Source: Coniocarpon cinnabarinum (Eukaryota). From it: a stretch of DNA of 64,000 bases. Below, in pieces: positions 61,187-64,000 of the stretch. The DNA is taken from contig JAVECO010000090.1 of the NCBI GenBank assembly GCA_051942205.1, positions 1-64,000 on the forward strand. Direction: 5' to 3'. Position numbers and translations under genes: made by a program. The notes under the pieces were generated by a model that saw only the letters and a list, made by a program, of their open reading frames with translations, did no database searches and was not told where the DNA came from. Each line of letters starts with the position of its first letter. Within the stretch, counting starts at the first letter, position 1.

Positions 61187-62396
61187 TTACGCCAGCGACC
61201 CTCCTAAATCGATCCCTAGGTCCGCCCCGCCTCCTGGCGTAAGTTCTCCGACCCTGGGGCTAGCCCCAAACATAAGCCGCCGGCGTGTGTCTCTTGCCGC
61301 GCTGGGCGTCTTGAGACCTCCAGGCGTTCGACCAGGGGTCTTTGAACCGAAAGCGCCTTGAGCCGGACTTGGTGTGACGTTCAAAAATTCGCCAAAATTA
61401 AAGTTGGCGGACGGTGTATGCGGGTTCCATCCAAAGAACATTCCCTGAGTGCCTGGCGTGTTCATCATCGATGAGGGCAGAGCAGTATGCTTTGATGGTG
61501 GTGTCTGAGGAGGTGGATTCATGAGACGAGGCGTCTTGTCAACCTTATCCAAGCGGTCGTAGTCAATGTTTGTGGATGGAGACGAGGCCAGGAACATGAG
61601 GAGATCAGCGCCCTCCTTGGTACCTTGTACATTGTGCTTAGTGCTTCTGTCACCAAATTTGGAATGTGAGAGGGTGGAGGGCGGAGTACGAGGAGGCGAG
61701 GAGGCAAATTGAGGCTCTGTGACCTGGAATGAGTGAAGTGGGATATCTTGATCATCGTCTTCAGAAGCGGATGGGGAGTTGACTACGGTGGAGTTGTTGG
61801 AGGCGGTGAAGGAAGGCTGTGAGAGCGAGTGTGTATTTGCGTTGAAGCTGTGACGAAGTGTCGGCGAGGATTGTGGAAGCTGGTGGGCGGCTTTCCAGGA
61901 AGTGGTCGACGCCCTCGAGCGCTGGCCACGCATTCGGGTTTGTATACCGGAGCTACGACGAGCACGCTCAGGGTTCTGTTTGATGCGTTTGATAGATCCA
62001 TGACTACTCCCAGAGCGCGGAGGCAGTTCGTCGGAAAAGATTGGTGCAGTGCCTGTGGAGGAGGTGGGCAGGGCGTTGGAAAAGACACTCGAGGAGGTAT
62101 CTGATAGGATGTCGGCGTTTGAAGCCGTTCGCTTCCGTTGCTGGAATTGAAGATCTAATTCAGGCTGGATGGAGTCCAATGACCGATTTTCCCAGCCTTT
62201 ACTGATCTTGATGCTTGCCAAAGCCAATCGATCTTGTAGAGCTCGGGTCATCTGGCAAAGGGTAGTCAGTCAACGGGCGGGACGGTGATGAACATCATGC
62301 ACAGCCGCCAACGCTACTCACCATCGATACTCGAGCTCTGCGAAGAACCTTATCCGCGACATCGTGAGGCTGGTCTAAATCATCTGACAAAGACAT
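61187..62396 (-). CDS. Whi5/Nrm1-like G1/S transcriptional repressor; exons 62396-62322, 62251-61187
   Basis: GTB-like motif LQDRLALASIKISKGWENRSL; EGADLLMFLASSPS; many S/T-P CDK-type sites (TPP, TPG, SPR). Confidence 0.75.
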
Positions 62397-62960
62397 AACC
62401 GCTGGGTTGATTCCAAGCCGCTTCCTTGGTCTCTAGGAAAGGCTCTGCGTGCGGTTGAGCAAGCGCTGACGAGGCTGAGCAACGGGATGCAGGAAGGTGT
62501 GCAACGGAAAGGACTGGAGCAAAAGATCAGAGTTAGTGCTGGACTCGAGACTGTTCAGGAATCAGAAGTCAGAACGCCATCCTGAGCCGGGCGTTTAAGA
62601 CAATGGAAGGAAGGGTCCTTTTCGCAGCAGGGGAGTAAGACCGGGTGGTTGGCATTTGCAGAAGAGGAGGGCTGGGCAGGCGGGATGAGTACATAAGCAG
62701 ATCGGCGATGGGGTGCGGCGGCTAGCGCTAGTGAGCCCTGCCAGGCGTGCATTCCGCGACGCCCAGCCAGCCCCAGCAGCGCACCACGTGACTCTTGGGG
62801 TTTGCTACCTTAGAGGTCAGGCATATTTCAAGGGCGGGCGGGCAAAGAATGGAAGCGTCGGAAGCGGCAAGGCGGCATCGAGAATGTCGCAAGAAAAGGT
62901 CCCAAGCAACAAGCTGAGCCTTGGCGCTGCAGGCCGTGACGAAGCGTCAGAAATGTGCCA

Positions 62961-62999
62961 GCAGTAGCAGTAGCAGTAGCAGTAGCAGTAGCAGTAGCA
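62961..62999. repeat. (GCAGTA)6 microsatellite in the divergent intergenic region
   Basis: gcagta x6 plus gca. Confidence 0.9.
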
Positions 63000-63393
63000 C
63001 AGCAGGTAACCTCAGGTAGATCTTGCTGCGTGCTGCGCAGGTTTTAGCTTGCAATTAATCACCTCAACGCTACCCACTCTGCCCATCCTCGCCCGCACCA
63101 GCTTCATCCCGGCCCTTATCTTCTCGTCTCCCTCGTCGCCTTGTTCGCACCGCTGGCTGATGCGGCCGATTTAGCCTCTACTTCCCTGCTCGACCCTTCC
63201 ACCACGCTCGGTTTTTATATCGCACCCTGGTTCAATCACCCATCCCGTATATCCCTCGCCGCGCCTGCCCGTCCTGCGACTGCTTTTCACGGCCACGTTG
63301 ACCTTTCTTTCCACGTTCGTTGAGCCTCAGTCAAGCATCCACGCTCGTTGACGCACGACTGTCTTGCCCAGGTCGATTGGCTCGTTGCGGAAC

Positions 63394-64000
63394 ATGCCCA
63401 CGTTTTTGAAAGATCTCCGACGTCTCTCGAGGAGCAACATTCGCTCCAAGGACAAAGGCGATTACTCCAGCGGCTCCTCTGAAGCTCCCTCAACAAAGAC
63501 GAATGATTCCGCCGCCGAGAGCCAAACAACGAACAACTCCTCGCCTCCGCCTCTGCCGCAACGGGAAAAGTCTTTCAACGATGCTCCACCCCCGGTACCG
63601 CAAAGACCGGCTATACATCCGTCGAGAAGCAATCGATACAGCATCATCGTGAGCTCCTCACTCTCACACCAACATGCCCGCTCTGGACTGGACTAACTAT
63701 CTCGATCAGGGTGGCAGCTCTGCCACATTAGCCAACTCCGTGGCATCATCTAATCGTTCCCCTACATCGCCATATGCACCGCAAGTACTGTCAGTGTCGG
63801 ATAATTCGTGGGTAGGTAGTGGATTGAGAACATACAGGCGAGCCTGAGCTGATTTGTCCCGAGGTACACCAAAAAGTGCTCTTGATCTATGGGCAGATTG
63901 GGGAACCAGCACAGCAACCATTTGATGGGACTCTATGGGTTTGCCATCACCAAGACAGCTTTCCCGCTGTTGCTTGGCCAGTCTGCGATTCCCACTTCAA
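63394..64000 (+). CDS. 5' part of a putative zinc metallopeptidase (YIL108W/Metallopep-like), truncated by window end
   Basis: MPTFLKDLRR Ser/Pro-rich N-terminus, then SPYAPQVLSVSDNSW|VHQKVLLIYGQIG..DG....HHQDSFP...WPVCDSHF; two GT-AG introns; catalytic motif lies outside the window. Confidence 0.65.

Overview
Eukaryotic, intron-containing DNA from a filamentous ascomycete (Pezizomycotina-type GT-AG introns with CTRAY branch points; lineage not determinable from sequence alone). About 24 spliced protein-coding genes are supported. Housekeeping or conserved genes include GRH1/GRASP, TGS1, TAF1, PDI1, VPS71, PHO8, RPN11, CCR4, a Whi5/Nrm1-like protein, a LYRM5-like protein, aldose 1-epimerase and an enoyl-CoA hydratase. 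Accessory genes include a tandem pair of C2H2 zinc-finger paralogues, a secreted Thr/Lys/Tyr-rich repeat protein, a DUF829 + peroxisomal thioesterase + bZIP trio, a fluoroacetate-dehalogenase-type hydrolase, an Fcr1-like Zn2Cys6 factor and a NACHT NLR-like gene. A ~7 kb gene-poor stretch (29.4-36.4 kb) holds decayed ABC and MFS transporter relics. No tRNA, rRNA, CRISPR array or intact transposon was recognised. The best leads are: a long intron splitting the TAF1 zinc knuckle, with an alternative Cys-containing C-terminus if retained; two GC-AG introns; the repeat-less NLR; the dehalogenase; the disulfide-bracketed secreted protein; and a 14-bp-phased TACCAC array. All calls are by-eye translation and motif recognition; no database search was run. 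I cannot claim a proven new system.
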